Below, one piece after another: positions 1-12,286 of a stretch of 64,000 bases of DNA; the stretch's first letter is position 1; each line of letters opens with the position of its first letter. Below the pieces are notes generated by a model that had not been told where the DNA came from, ran no database searches, and saw only the letters and a program-made list of their open reading frames with translations. Source of the DNA: Nageia nagi (lineage: Eukaryota; Plantae; Pinophyta); the NCBI GenBank assembly GCA_050084985.1, contig JBITNC010000002.1, positions 9,052,001 to 9,116,000 of the forward strand, given 5' to 3'. Both the position numbers and the translations under genes were made by a program.

Positions 1-873
1 TATACATAACTCTCACATTTGATATTTTCATATACATTCACCAATACACTTCATGCCTAAGGCATGGAATTCCTACCAAAAGGAACTTCCAATACATTCT
101 CCTTAACATCCTTTTATAACATCAAGGGTTTACATATTGAGGAGAATTGATTACAATATTTGAAATATTCTCTCCAACCTATTTTATCTCAATTTTCCAA
201 CTTGTAATCTGACTATAACCCTTTTTTTAAGAACCATTTTAGTTTTGGTCAACAATAGTAAGTAAATATTGTTATTGTTGTACCACTATTATGGCTAAAT
301 AATATCCAATTTGCTATTTTAAAAGCTTAATAAATAAATACCTTAAAATATGGGAGGACAACTTTTGGAGGTGCTACTTATCACAACTCATATCAAATAG
401 GGGAAGTCAAATCCCATGTTGAACGATGCTTAATGTGGAACTGATGGGTTTTAAAATAATTATATAATCTCCTCTAGGTATTATGCCACATCTACATGTC
501 ATCGTACCATATCAGGCTCCTCTCAGATGGGTGTCTAATCTCCACACACATTAGTTTATCAAACTTAGGGCTAGTGGATGTTGACATCAACCTTTTCTCC
601 CCACACACTTTTCTTTTGCTACACATAATTTGGAGTTCTAACACTACACTCTTTTATATTGCATCGTGTATATGTCAATAAGGTGAACTATGTGTTAGAG
701 TCTGTTGTATTAGATGTGTTTTTTATTCCAAAAAAGATGGGTAGACACACTTATGATAGAAATTATAAAACCTTCCCACCCCAACCTATTTTCTCTTCTA
801 AAAGGATTTTTTATTAGTTTGATCCTTTGAGATCCCATGGCTTCCAAGAAGGTGATAAACCCACTCAAATCGA

Positions 874-1833
874 TGTAGGTCCCTACTACACCAAATTAAA
901 TTATGTATAAAATACAAAAGTATGCCTACAATGCTTGATCATGTGCCTATATGAATGATTATAATTATATATGATCTTTTAATTAGAATGATTATGATAG
1001 CAATGATAATGAAAAATGACCTATGATATGATCTAAAGATGTTATTCAAGAACCCTTAATAACATATCAAGAAAGCAATCCTAAGCATGTAATATAACTA
1101 ACTCAAATGCCCATAAAGTGATATGCCAAGATAATGTTAATAAATACTAAAGGGTATATTTACAATTTTGAATATGCAAATCTAACATGAATTTTTAATG
1201 AATTTAGCCTAAATGCACGTTATATGTAAACATGAATTTTAAAATACCTCAAAGAGAGGTTCAATGGTTACAAAGTGCTCCAAGAGAGCCTCCAAATGAT
1301 GTGATGATTGCTTGAAACTCCAACAATATTCAAGGACCTACAATAACCCTTCCAAGACTTTCAATGATTAGGAAACATATGTTATGCAATAATCATGTAC
1401 CAAAGAGACCAATGGTGTAGGCTTAGCTAGCTTTGTTTGATTCTTGATATGATCGACCAATTCTTTTGAATGCTTGTAGATGAAAGAATGCTCGAATCAT
1501 AGTTCTTCAATGCTTAAGATTTTTAGAATGCCAAAGTGTAAAAGTAACAAGAGATTATTTGAAATAATCTTGCAAACTTGCTTTTATAAATGATAATTCT
1601 TGATTGGTATCTCGACTATGAAAGTTAACCAATCAATCGGTTATCCCACTAATTGAATGATTGATCTAATAATAATTTTGATTTATTTCAACTTATGATC
1701 ATTTCATGGTTTGACTTGAGATATGGACCAGATTACTTATAAAACATGATAATATAATAATATATGATAATTGGCTATATTTATGAATGATTGATGTATT
1801 TTATCGATACGATGCAATTTTGAGGTGTCTACA
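874..1833 (-). mobile_element. Probable degenerate LTR of an old retroelement
   Basis: Begins TGTAGG and ends GTCTACA (TGTAG/CTACA termini). Followed by a pyrimidine tract (reverse-strand PPT-like) and then short tandem repeats. Confidence 0.35.
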
Positions 1834-2136
1834 TTTTCTCCTTTTTGAGCTAATTTTTGATATAAGAAAAACTTAGCAAAAAAATAAGTGTGATAATGAT
1901 TCGATGTCGGATATGTGATAATGATAAAATTGACTATATTTATGATATTTGATTTTCTTCAAACAATGATATTATAGGTTCATAGACCTACCAAATGTTG
2001 AGGAGTAAGTATAATATCCTTAAATAATGATCAACATAAGATGCCCCAATCCATAGTGACATGTTTGACTTTTTGACTTGATATTTTTATCCTCATGCCA
2101 TATTATGCTATGATATGATTAAATTGGCTTTTTTCC

Positions 2137-2370
2137 CCATATAATATGCTACCAAAAGTTGTTATTGTACATTAAAGGCATCATTTCAAAATAAATGATT
2201 AATTGACTAAAATATGATATATTTTTATTTCCATATGATATGTTACCAATATTTGTTACAACACGATAAAGGCATTATTTCAAAATAACTGATATAATAA
2301 TCTATTTGAATTAATTTTTTTTCATATAATGTGCTACCAAAAGATACTATTGCACGCTAAAGGCATCATT
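2137..2370. repeat. Three degenerate ~93-bp tandem repeats
   Basis: Core CATATRATRTGYTACCAA...TAAAGGCATYATT recurs at ~2137, ~2231 and ~2323. Confidence 0.75.
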
Positions 2371-2519
2371 GATATGTTGGTAAGGCTAACTATGTCTTAG
2401 AGTCTGCTATATTAGAAGAAATCCTTAATTATGATAAAACTATACAGTTAGGATTTTGCCAAAAATCCTTCTTCCAAACTAATTAAAATAATAAGATTAT
2501 TGATTTTATTATAGAGAAT

Positions 2520-2800
2520 ATTATAGCTAGGTTTGTTGTCGCATCTCAAATTTCCATGGATAATGGGACAAACCTACTAGCTAATGAAGTAAGGGAATTT
2601 TATAAAAAGTTTCATATTGATAAAAAGTTCTCTACTCCAAATATTATCCTCAAGGTAATGAATAAGCAAAAGCCACAACAAAATAATTGAGTATCTTCAA
2701 TAAATAGTTAAAAAGCATGGAAATTAGGATTGCCACACTCAAGTCACTTATGCTCTTTAGGTATAGAGGACGAGTGAAAGATAAGCTATATGTGATACTC
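2520..2800 (+). pseudogene. Decayed Ty3/Gypsy integrase fragment
   Basis: Broken frames give DNGTN, YYPQGNE*AKAT and an ALxxYRTS-like stretch, typical of the rve core. Confidence 0.55.
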
Positions 2801-5350
2801 CTTTTTTCTTATGTGTTTTTTTACTACTATATGTTTGGTTAGGCTTGTCATTATTCAATGTTGCAATAGATTTTTGTTGTAAGGTTTGTTTCTCAAGTTC
2901 TTCGACACTGATAGTAATTTTTAACCTAGCGTTATTGCTAGTCCTTAGAGACCTACTACATCAATACTTCACACATAAGGTCTTGATGATCAGAAAAGCT
3001 TATATCGATGTATATAATCAATTTTACAGGTAAGCTAACATTTATTGTATCTCCAATCTCAATCTTGATAGGCATAGATTTGGTACAATAGTTGGAATAC
3101 TTAATCATATAAGCCATATAATTGGTTATTCCTAATTATTGAATTATCTTTATAATTAAATTATTGCATGCATTATATTTTTATTATTTAATTTATTGCT
3201 TGTCAGATATTTAGTATAAATTAGTTTATAGGACCAATTTTAAATATCTACACATGCGTATATGAAAATATATGTTTAGATCTAGCTAATTTAAATATTT
3301 AAATATAAATAATCAATGATAATGATAAAAGACTTAAATGATTAAATACTTTATGCTTGACCTTTTACCTATCAATGTATCATGAATAATGATATCTTTC
3401 TTTGCACCTTTTGAACTTATGATCTAAAAATAATTGGACAAAATGATTGGTAGTATCTTTTATTAATTTACTTATTTGATCAAAATAATTGCTTGCTTGT
3501 AATGGCTCCAATATAACTACATTGGTTATCTTATAATTGTTGGCTAAGGTCATTAATATATGATTGATATTATAAAGGTCTTGACACTGGAACCTAAGAA
3601 GTAATGCTAGTAAGTTAGTATATATAGGTTTAGTTTTGATCATTAGTTCATTATCAAATAACATATTTCTTATTTGAACTATTTAGGTACATATTTGAAA
3701 ACTATGCCCTTTTGAAGTGGCCTTAGGAGATTCTACCCTCTTCAAGTATTCACCCTCTAAATTTAAGTGGCTTGGTTTCTTATTTTCTTTATTGGATAAT
3801 CATTTTGGATCTTTCATTTTTTTCTTTTGCTAATAGGTAGATTATATTAACAAAAAAATAATGGGTTTTAGCTGGGTCCTAAAAACCAGTCAAAATGGTC
3901 TCAAAATGAAATTGACTACCCAACTATCTGTAAGTAGCATCAGTACAATAGAACTTCATCAAAACACTACTAAAAAGCCACTTTTCTTTTGGATCTTTCA
4001 TTGTTATTTTAGAGTACATTATTTATTTTTATTGGTTGATTCATTACAATTGCTAATGTTATGAGTTGGTGGATCTTTCATTCCAAGTGGTATTAGAGCA
4101 ATGTCGATCTTGATCACAAGGATGAAAAAAATTCAAACACAAATCCTACAAATCTACATCACTCCTAGATGTATTATTGTAATTTTGGTTAAAGTTTTTA
4201 TTATTAGAGAATTTTTTGAAAATCAATTGAAGGAATTAGTGCTTCTTATAAGATCTAGGACAGATTTTACAAGTTGGGGATCTACACCATCCTCAATTGT
4301 AAGTGAGATCTAAGGCTCCTATAGAATAAATCGAGGCTTCCTTTTGTCTCATACGATTGAAGTGATATCTTGTTGTCTTATGAGGTTTTGGGACTCTCTG
4401 GTCCTCATTTCCATTCAGATGTACTAAGGCCTTCACCTGCTCTCTCGTTTTATCTCTACACTTCTTCCCATTAATGTTTTCCTCACGATTATCTTCCATC
4501 TGATCTCCAAATCTTACTCCAAGTATCCCCTTTCATATCTCCTTGTGCTTATCGTGTTCTCCTCTTTATTTGTTTATCTTTATAAGACTTATTGTACGAG
4601 CTCCTAAACACACACAAATATATATTTCCTTTAAAATATTATTTAAATAATTTTAAAATTAAAATAACCACTATCACTCCTAACCTAAACTTATATCCTC
4701 ATACTGTTAAAACTATATCTATTAAATTTTAACCACTCCACGATAAAACCTTAACTTTTTATCCTCCTCTCTAACCTTCCTTTTCACAACTCTTTTTAAA
4801 CGTTAAATTATTTGTAAAATTTTAATTCAAAATTCACATTATGAGACACGTCCTAAATATCAGTCCCTTAAATTTCAATTATTACCCTCCTTTCACTTGA
4901 TATGATGTTTAAACAAAAAAAATATTACATAGAACTAAATTTTAATTTCTCAAACTAAAAAATAATGATATGAATAATTATAATTAAACATAAAATTAAA
5001 TTTTAGTACTAATAAATATCTTAAATATTTATCTACAAAACGTTGAGAAGTATCATTCTCGAAGCATCTATCTTAAATGTCTTTATATCTTATATAAAAT
5101 ATTTTTAAATAAAAATGCAATAAATATCTCACATTATTTATAAAAGAAATAAATATCCTATTACAATAATTAAATATGAAACAAAAAGTAAATTAAAAAA
5201 ATGTGGATTAATTTCTTAATGTAGGTTCATTATTATTATTATTATTTTTAAATGTGTAATTGTTTATGTAAATGTTTTAATTATTCCAATTATGTCTTTA
5301 AGTTAATAAATCAATTAAATTAGTTTTAAAAAAGTTTGACAATCTAAAGA

Positions 5351-5595
5351 TGTGAGGGGAGTTGGAGAGGGGTGGAACTCTCAAGTTGTTAACGAGAGGT
5401 TCCAAGTTCAAATATCTCCCCTCTCACATCATGTGGATATGCTAAAGTTCAATCGATGGATGATCATGCTGGTGTGAATGGGGTTGGGTGTGACTCCCGA
5501 GTGACGAGTGACTTTGGTGAAAGAGTGGAAGAGAACCTCAAACATGAAATCTAATTCCAAGAAATTGGCCTCAAAAGTATAGTTTCAATGAAAAA
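5351..5595 (+). mobile_element. tRNA-derived SINE
   Basis: 5' TGTGAGGGGA pairs with TCCCCTCTCACA. A-box-like TGGAGAGGGGTGG and B-box-like AGTTCAAAT, A-rich tail. Degenerate TSD (TTTGACAATCTAAAGA / TTCGACAACTAAACA). Confidence 0.65.
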
Positions 5596-5819
5596 ATAAT
5601 TCGACAACTAAACATTTGAATCCTTGTCCTCTCCCTTATCTACCATTGTAAAGTACCTCTTGACGTAAATATTGTAACATACCTCATCCATGCGATAGAC
5701 TACTACATCAATTCTTGAAGTAACTTGCTAATTGATTTGTATAATATATGAACCGTACACTCGTAAACAGATATATTATTACAATCAATTTTTTATTATA
5801 AACAAATTTTAAAAAGAAG

Positions 5820-6045
5820 CCTGTTGGCCAATCTGGTAATCTACGGAAGATTTTGCATGGCCAATTTAATGTTGTATATGCTATTGGCAATAGGGCTTAA
5901 AAGACAGGAAAAGACAACGGACTTGTGAGTCCGTGACGTTTAAACAAAAAAATCAACCGTCAAATTTCTCTAAACGTTAATGATATTTAATAAAAATGTC
6001 CTTACGGTTATCCCGCTCAATCAGCATTCAAATTTTTGAAAACAA
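5820..6045 (+). promoter_or_regulatory. Cell-cycle-type promoter of the UVI4-like gene
   Basis: CCAAT at 5828 and 5861, ATTGG at 5883, MSA-like CAACGG at 5915, E2F-like TTATCCCGC at ~6008, TTCAAA/TTTGAA (CHR-like) at 6027 and 6035. Confidence 0.5.
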
Positions 6046-6323
6046 GAGGGACAGATTGTGGATTCCAAGAGACCATGAAATGAAACAGGATGGGATCTTT
6101 GGGGTTTGTGGGTTACGATTTCAGGGTATATTATGAAATGGGTCAGGATTTCAGCGTATCGGATTCGAAACTGTGGGGTGTATGAAGGTTTTAGGCAAAT
6201 TTGTAAGGTGGAATGGGGTTTGAAGTTTTGCAGCAGAAGAGTTGAGATTGATCAAGCGAGCAAAGCAAAGAAGAGAATTCAGCAAGTCAAAGCGTGCTTC
6301 AAGAATCACTTTGCCTTTCTGAG

Positions 6324-6517
6324 GTAAGTAGTTTTCTTTTTCTTTATTGGTTTACATTTTGAAAGGAAATCTCAAAAGTTTTAGTCCTCTTGATTAGAGC
6401 AACAAGATTCTCAAAAGGAAAACCCTCAAGAATTCATAGCTCTTCTATTTTGATTGTGAGATGTAGCCCAGTTTGGCTTACTTTGGGTTTTAAGATATTG
6501 TTTTCACAATTTTGCAG
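6324..6517 (+). other. 5' UTR intron of UVI4-like gene
   Basis: GAG|GTAAGT donor and TTTTGCAG| acceptor ~30 nt upstream of ATG 6549. Confidence 0.75.
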
Positions 6518-6548
6518 GTTAGGATTGAGGGAGGGAAGATTTGGAACA

Positions 6549-6875
6549 ATGCCGGAGGAGACTCGTACTCTGGGTGCAAGGCAGGCCTCAAATGTGGGGC
6601 TGGGTGAAGGGTTGGATCGGCAAGTTCCACAGGGTACTGTTGGAAATTCAAATTTGGGAGAATCTGCACGAAGAGATCCACACATGAGGTCACCTGAGAT
6701 TGTGGCAAGAGCTATGCTGAGGGCACGGGAGAGGGCCCAGAACAAAGAGAATATTCCTCCAGAGAAGCCCAGTAGCAGAAGGCGAAGCCAGAGAAGAGGG
6801 TTGCATAGTTCAAGGAGCCCTTTGCCCTCTGATTATCCCCGTGCTCCTTTACAAGACATCACATCGTACATACAG
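6549..6875 (+). CDS. UVI4: UVI4/POLYCHOME/OSD1(GIG1)-family APC/C inhibitor, coding exon 1
   Basis: Starts MPEE. Contains KEN box (NKENIPP) and LPSDYPRAPLQDIT, matching the family motif LPSWYPRTPLRDIT with D-box RxxL. Phase-0 donor CAG|GTAGGG at 6876. Confidence 0.88.
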
Positions 6876-7687
6876 GTAGGGTGCTTCTATTTTTCAAGTT
6901 TTACTATGTATTTCTAACTTAGACACCATTTGATCGTTTAAATTGTGTCGGGGGTTATTCACATTAATGTGGAAAGCCTAATCTCTTATATTGCATACCT
7001 TACCGAATCATATGTTTACACTTAGTGTTATCTCAATCTGATCTAATAATGTTCTGTCCATCTTCGTAGTTTCACAAAAATGCACCTGCATTCGTGATAA
7101 GAACGATTAGTTAGGATTGAATCAATGCATGATGTGTTTCTATTCAATTAAACGCTTCTCTCATTTAAAATTACAAGGAAGTCATCATATGATGACTGCT
7201 TTTCAGGTCATATGGTGTTTGGAGGATATTTACTTGAATGTGATTGAACTCTTGCATTTAGCTTTCTGTCTACCCTGTCAAATTGATTTTGATTCAATTC
7301 AATTGTCTGGAAGTTGAACTATTCTGAATGATTCTTAAAAATTTAGGCATGTTGTAAGATCTTTGGAATTTACTCATTGTATTATTTAGTGACTAGTGAA
7401 GTCTAAGATGTATTATGTAGTAAGTGTTGTTCCCTCATTTTAAGGAAATTCACTATTCAGTCAGAGTCTCCTATCATTCAATGTGGTTGGCTTATTGTTA
7501 TGAGTATTATGTCCTTCCACAATCCATATTTGTTTGTTGAATTGAATCTAGGCATTTGATGTTGTGCACTCCTATTTATCCATTATTGTTCAGTCCAGTC
7601 CTAGTTCGAAATTTACTTAAAAGCGTCATCGTTTTGTTCATAAAATGTTGTTTATCACATGTAGTAATCCGTTTATGATGTGTACAG

Positions 7688-8035
7688 GTTCTACAAAGGA
7701 GTAGAGCAAGGGTGAGAACCAGGATGCAGATACATGGGATAACTCCTCTAAGACAACTTCTTGTTCATAACAGCCTTGCACAAGTAATACATGCGCCAGT
7801 AATCTCACCGCAAGAAATAGGCAATGCCGCGATGAATCAAATGCCAGTTTCAGAAGCTCCCTTGCAAGAAACCGAGACCACCATAACAATTCAAGGCCCC
7901 CTTCTTGAAACAGAGACCACAGTAATGCAATCAGCAGTGGTTCCTAAGCAAGAAACCCAAGCAATGGGCATTCGAGGTGATCATCCCCGAGCAAAGAGGA
8001 AATCATCTTTGAAGCCGTTGATGATGATGAGGTGA
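7688..8035 (+). CDS. UVI4: UVI4/OSD1-family protein, coding exon 2 (total ~224 aa)
   Basis: Phase-0 acceptor TGTACAG| gives DITSYIQ-VLQRSRAR (family: DITxxVRAIERRR). Ends LKPLMMMR*, the C-terminal MR tail. Confidence 0.88.
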   Translation, partial: VLQRSRARVRTRMQIHGITPLRQLLVHNSLAQVIHAPVISPQEIGNAAMNQMPVSEAPLQETETTITIQGPLLETETTVMQSAVVPKQETQAMGIRGDHPRAKRKSSLKPLMMMR

Positions 8036-8468
8036 AACAATTCGTTTCACTCATGATTTACCGCAGATGTAGCTAGCTGGGCCTTGTAGTTTGGTGGAAT
8101 TTTTGAATCTACAAAGTGCAGATCTGACAAAAAATTGCAATCATGCAGTAATTTTGATTCAGAGGAAAGCTAATGCATGGTTGGATTTTTAGTAGTTTCG
8201 CATCAGCTGTGAAATCCCATTGGCTCTATCTCAACGCCATTTAAGACTTTGTAATCCTTTTGATTATTGTTTCAATCGTAAGGGAACCTGGTTATTCAAG
8301 GAAGATTGCATTGTAATTACTAATAATCAATTGTAGATTTCTCACCATCTTGTACAAAACATCTTCTCATTTTAACATTAATATAATCACCAATGTTAGC
8401 AAAGTTGTTAAATTGATTGCCAGCCTATTTAGCAAAATATTTTTGAAATTATCCTTCATGCTTTGATT

Positions 8469-8937
8469 TCAAAATTTAATGGCGAAGTCTCCAATACATG
8501 TGCGACTTTCCCCTGGTAAATCTGTGCTAAAAAATCCATCGGTATAAGCAATTTTTAGGAGCTGACCTTCCGTGGGCAAATGCGATGGGGCAAGTTTTTC
8601 TGTCCTGACCTTGCTTGGCGGAGGAGGACCCTGATGGGCCAGTTCCATTGCTGTTTGATCATATTCTCGAGTCTTTTCTTGTGTAATGCAAGCATTCAAG
8701 GGTAAAGGTTTCTGCACAGAACTAATACTAGCTTTATATCTACTGGATGAACAGGACAGTTTTCATATATTCCCCCGTCTGTAAGCACCTTACCTTCAAA
8801 ACATTCTGTTTATGTTCTGGAGGTTTGTCTCCTAATTGTCTACCATGGATTTTAATTCGTTTTATTGAAAAGCAGTGAATAGGACTTTCAATTGTTGAGG
8901 ATCTTCTGTCTGGCAGCAATGTTGTATCTTCACTCAT
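8469..8937 (-). pseudogene. Candidate two-exon ORF (~128 aa), possibly a truncated gene fragment
   Basis: Phase-0 donor AAG|GTAAGG (8793) and acceptor TGTGCAG| (8712) join two ORFs in frame over an 82-bp intron. Weak resemblance of EGQLLKIAY to arogenate dehydratase xLRVAYQG. Confidence 0.3.
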
Positions 8938-9269
8938 GTGAGTAAGTAAACGGAGTGCTATATCAACTATTTGATTTTTTGTTTTCTTATAACTATCACA
9001 ACCAATAAACTCATCAACCAAGAGTGGAACAATATTCGGGTACTTATAAGTTGATAACAACAATAGTGATTAATATGCAATAAGTTGGTAACACTCTTTT
9101 GACCTTTGGAAAATTCCTTTCTATCGTTAATGCATGGAAAGAGGAAGAGATAGTGTTCAGCCTGTTTGACAGTTGATCACCTATGTGTGTAAGATACATC
9201 GGATTCACTAGAAATATAGTTTGTAAATTATGTAAATAATAATACAAACACAAAATATGTGTACAAAAG

Positions 9270-10794
9270 ATGATACTTATTTAAATATAACGATAAATAA
9301 ATGAAAAGTATGCATCTGATTATGATAAGATAATCTTCAAGGTATGGCAATGGTATACAGAGCATTGGATCAGATTATGATAAGACAATCCTCAAGATAT
9401 GGTAATGGTATACAAAGGATTGGATTGGATTTGAGACAAACTCGATGATGATGTTGTATTGTGTAGATTAACATTTGTCATCTCTTTTATCTATAGCTAT
9501 GGATCGAAAAGAATCACAATGTGGGCAGTGTGCGAACTTTACAACGTTAACGCTCTAAAACATGCAGAATCAAGTTGCACACAAAACATAGCATGTAATA
9601 GAAGCTTAGAGCATAACATATCCTCGAATAGGTGGCATCTAGAGACAACTTAAGTGTAATATGATCGATGTATGGATAACCACCTATCAAAGAGATTTGA
9701 TAAACATGTCAACCTCCAACTTCTTCATTTGTAACCTTCAAGGACATATAAATAAGTGAAAATCAACTTATAACAATAATATAATCTTTGTGATATTTAA
9801 GATACTTTAAAATATAAACCATGGTAAATGATATTGTATTTAATATAACACATGGTATTGCATTGTGATATCAACTTTATTTTGACATATGTAATATTGC
9901 TTTTAATCTTTAAGGAAGTCTAAAATATGATTTATTAAATAAATAATAAATCATTTTTAGGTGTCTAAACTTTGCATCCTCTAGTGTTTGAATATACTTT
10001 AGGCATTGTGCGTATCCTTGGATCCATAGGATCTAAGGAGCTTTAAGGTTCTTTGTTGAAAACAAATTTTGAATTGTCTTAAAGACTTGAAGTCTTAATT
10101 GTGGTTTAAGTACTCAAAAGTGTTGATTAGATCCATTCAAATTGTTGTTAAATTGCTCAATCTTATATGAATTATGAATAAGCATTTGCACATTACATCT
10201 AAGGCATGATTACATTCTTTCCCTCTATTGATTTGGGGGTAGGGGGCTCATATTACCTTCTGGAGTGAGGCAACTCACACCAAGCTAGTTTGGGTGCCTT
10301 AAGGGGCTCAAATTAGAAGTCCCCCCTACATTGTTAGTTACATTTAGGTTTGATCTAACATTTTCACATGGTTTGAAAACATAATACTTGAAGGTTTATA
10401 TCACATCTTTACCTAATATTTATACCTCATTTAAAGTTTGAAAAATATGTTATGTAGATTTCAATATTCTTGCATGTATTAATTCATTTATGTGTTTTGG
10501 TGCACCCATAGTAAGAACTTTGGTCCACAACTTGCATAACAATTTTCTAGATCATTAGAGCTTCATTAGACTTCAACATGTTCTTCACATCATCAGAGCC
10601 TTACATGTGGCCATGATTTTCTAGCAATTATTGGAGCTTTTCAAATCCTTTAGCTACTTTACTGAAGGTTGGTATCAAAGCTGATTTGTCATGCTTCTCA
10701 CCTATTCTTCAACATGGTGACCTTAGAATTGTGTACCTGATATCAAAGTGAAGGAGAGTTTCACCATTGTGACCCTTCATTTCTAACATGAAGT
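9270..10794. mobile_element. Degenerate retroelement relic upstream of the Copia insertion site
   Basis: 55-bp tandem duplication at ~9318-9428, PBS-like TGGTATCAAAGC at ~10670, no intact ORFs. Confidence 0.3.
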
Positions 10795-11298
10795 TGTGAG
10801 AATTAGCACTACTCTAATTCCCAAAGGTCCAAGACTATGGAAAGCTCAATCACATTCAACATGCAACATCTACAAGCTACTAACACATTCACACAATATG
10901 ACACCAATATAATGTGGTTCCTCCCTCCTTGGGAGTACATCCACAACTAGTTCTCTATTCTCAATCTATGCCTCTCTTACAACTATACTCTTGCTCTCTC
11001 CTACACAACCAAGTAGAGTAATCTTACTCCAAAACTTAGATGTGTTTACAAGAGGAGAGGCCCTCTATTTATAGCTTGAGAGCACCTCCCTAACCTCCCT
11101 TTAACCCAAGGGTTAGGTTAGGGTTACAATAAATGTGTGACCTAACTTTAACCTACCAACTAACCCCATGGTTAGGTCAAAGTCCACACATAATAAAGAA
11201 TTCAATTAATCCCTTAAGGTATCTACATATCCTTTAAGTGATTAATTGAACTTACAAGGAGTTTAGATATTCACAATATTTCATTACAAATTCTAACA
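10795..11298 (-). repeat. 3' LTR of Copia copy 1
   Basis: Near-identical to 19510-20013. TATA box CTATAAATAG on - strand at 11065-11074. Confidence 0.97.
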
Positions 11299-11770
11299 CT
11301 CCCCCTTAATGCAATATTGGGATAGAGCGTAGAAGAGAGAAGAGAGAGAGTAAGAGAGAGTTCTCCTCCATAGAGATACAAGTGGAGATGAGAACATTTA
11401 CATATTTGAGAATCTTTTTGAGAACTAGTATGAGACTCACTACATTACCATTTGACAAAATGGTTTACAATACAATCATTAACCACAACTGGTTTCACTG
11501 TACATAGTAGTTGATCAACTTTAAGCTGACATGTGAGTCTCTATGAGCTTGCTTTCATAAGGTGAGTAACCTGCATTTCTGAAGAAGATCCTGCATGCTA
11601 CAAGCAACTCATGAACAAAATCAGTTAGATGCATCGTATATTCAAATAAGAGAATCAAGTAATGCTATCTTATAAATAACTGATTAATGGTGCACTATAA
11701 GTCATCACGGAGATGCCAAGCCATCACTCATAGTCACCTGTTGTATATAGACATGTGTTGATTATTAATA

Positions 11771-12215
11771 GAGCATAAAAATTGTACAACGAGTTTCTCA
11801 CGCAGAGCAAACTCACCACGGAGGTATAGAATGTACAACAAGTTCGTCATGCAGAGCGAACTTACCATGGAGGTATATTAATTATATGCTCAAATATTGT
11901 ACAACAAGTTTCTCACGCAGAGCAAACTCACCACGGAGGTATAGAGCATGAAAATTGTACAACGAGTTTCTCACGCAGAGCAAACTCACCACGGAGGTAT
12001 AGAATGTACAACGAGTTTCTCACGCAGAGCAAACTCACCACGGAGGTATATTAATTATATGCTCAAAAATTGTACAACAAGTTTGTCACGCAGAGCAAAC
12101 TCACCACGGAGGTATAAAATGTACAACAAGTTTGTCACGCAGAGCAAACTTACCACGGAGGTATAAAAATGTACAACAAGTTTGTCACGCAGAGCAAACT
12201 TACCACGGAGGTATA
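11771..12215. repeat. Tandem array of 8 x 46-bp hairpin-containing units in the Copia 3' UTR
   Basis: Unit TGTACAACRAGTTTSTCACGCAGAGCAAACTYACCACGGAGGTATA, separated by short recurring linkers. Confidence 0.95.
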
Positions 12216-12286
12216 TCATAATCAACACATGCTATACAACAACAAAAGAGCCTCTTAGAGGTGAAGTTGTCATCATTAACAAAGGT

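Noticed and set aside
5351-5430. tRNA gene
   Set aside because: A and B boxes are degenerate, and it continues into a body, A-tail and TSD typical of a SINE.
6390-6548. N-terminal extension of the UVI4-like ORF from TTG 6390
   Set aside because: It lies mostly in the 5' UTR intron; the family-like start is MPE at 6549.
11110-11126. Interstitial telomere repeat (GGTTAGGTTAGGGTT)
   Set aside because: Only 2-3 imperfect units, part of the LTR U3.
11771-12215. CRISPR-like array (palindromic repeat units with spacers)
   Set aside because: Linkers are 3-20 bp and themselves repeated rather than unique. There are no cas genes, and the context is a eukaryotic retrotransposon 3' UTR.
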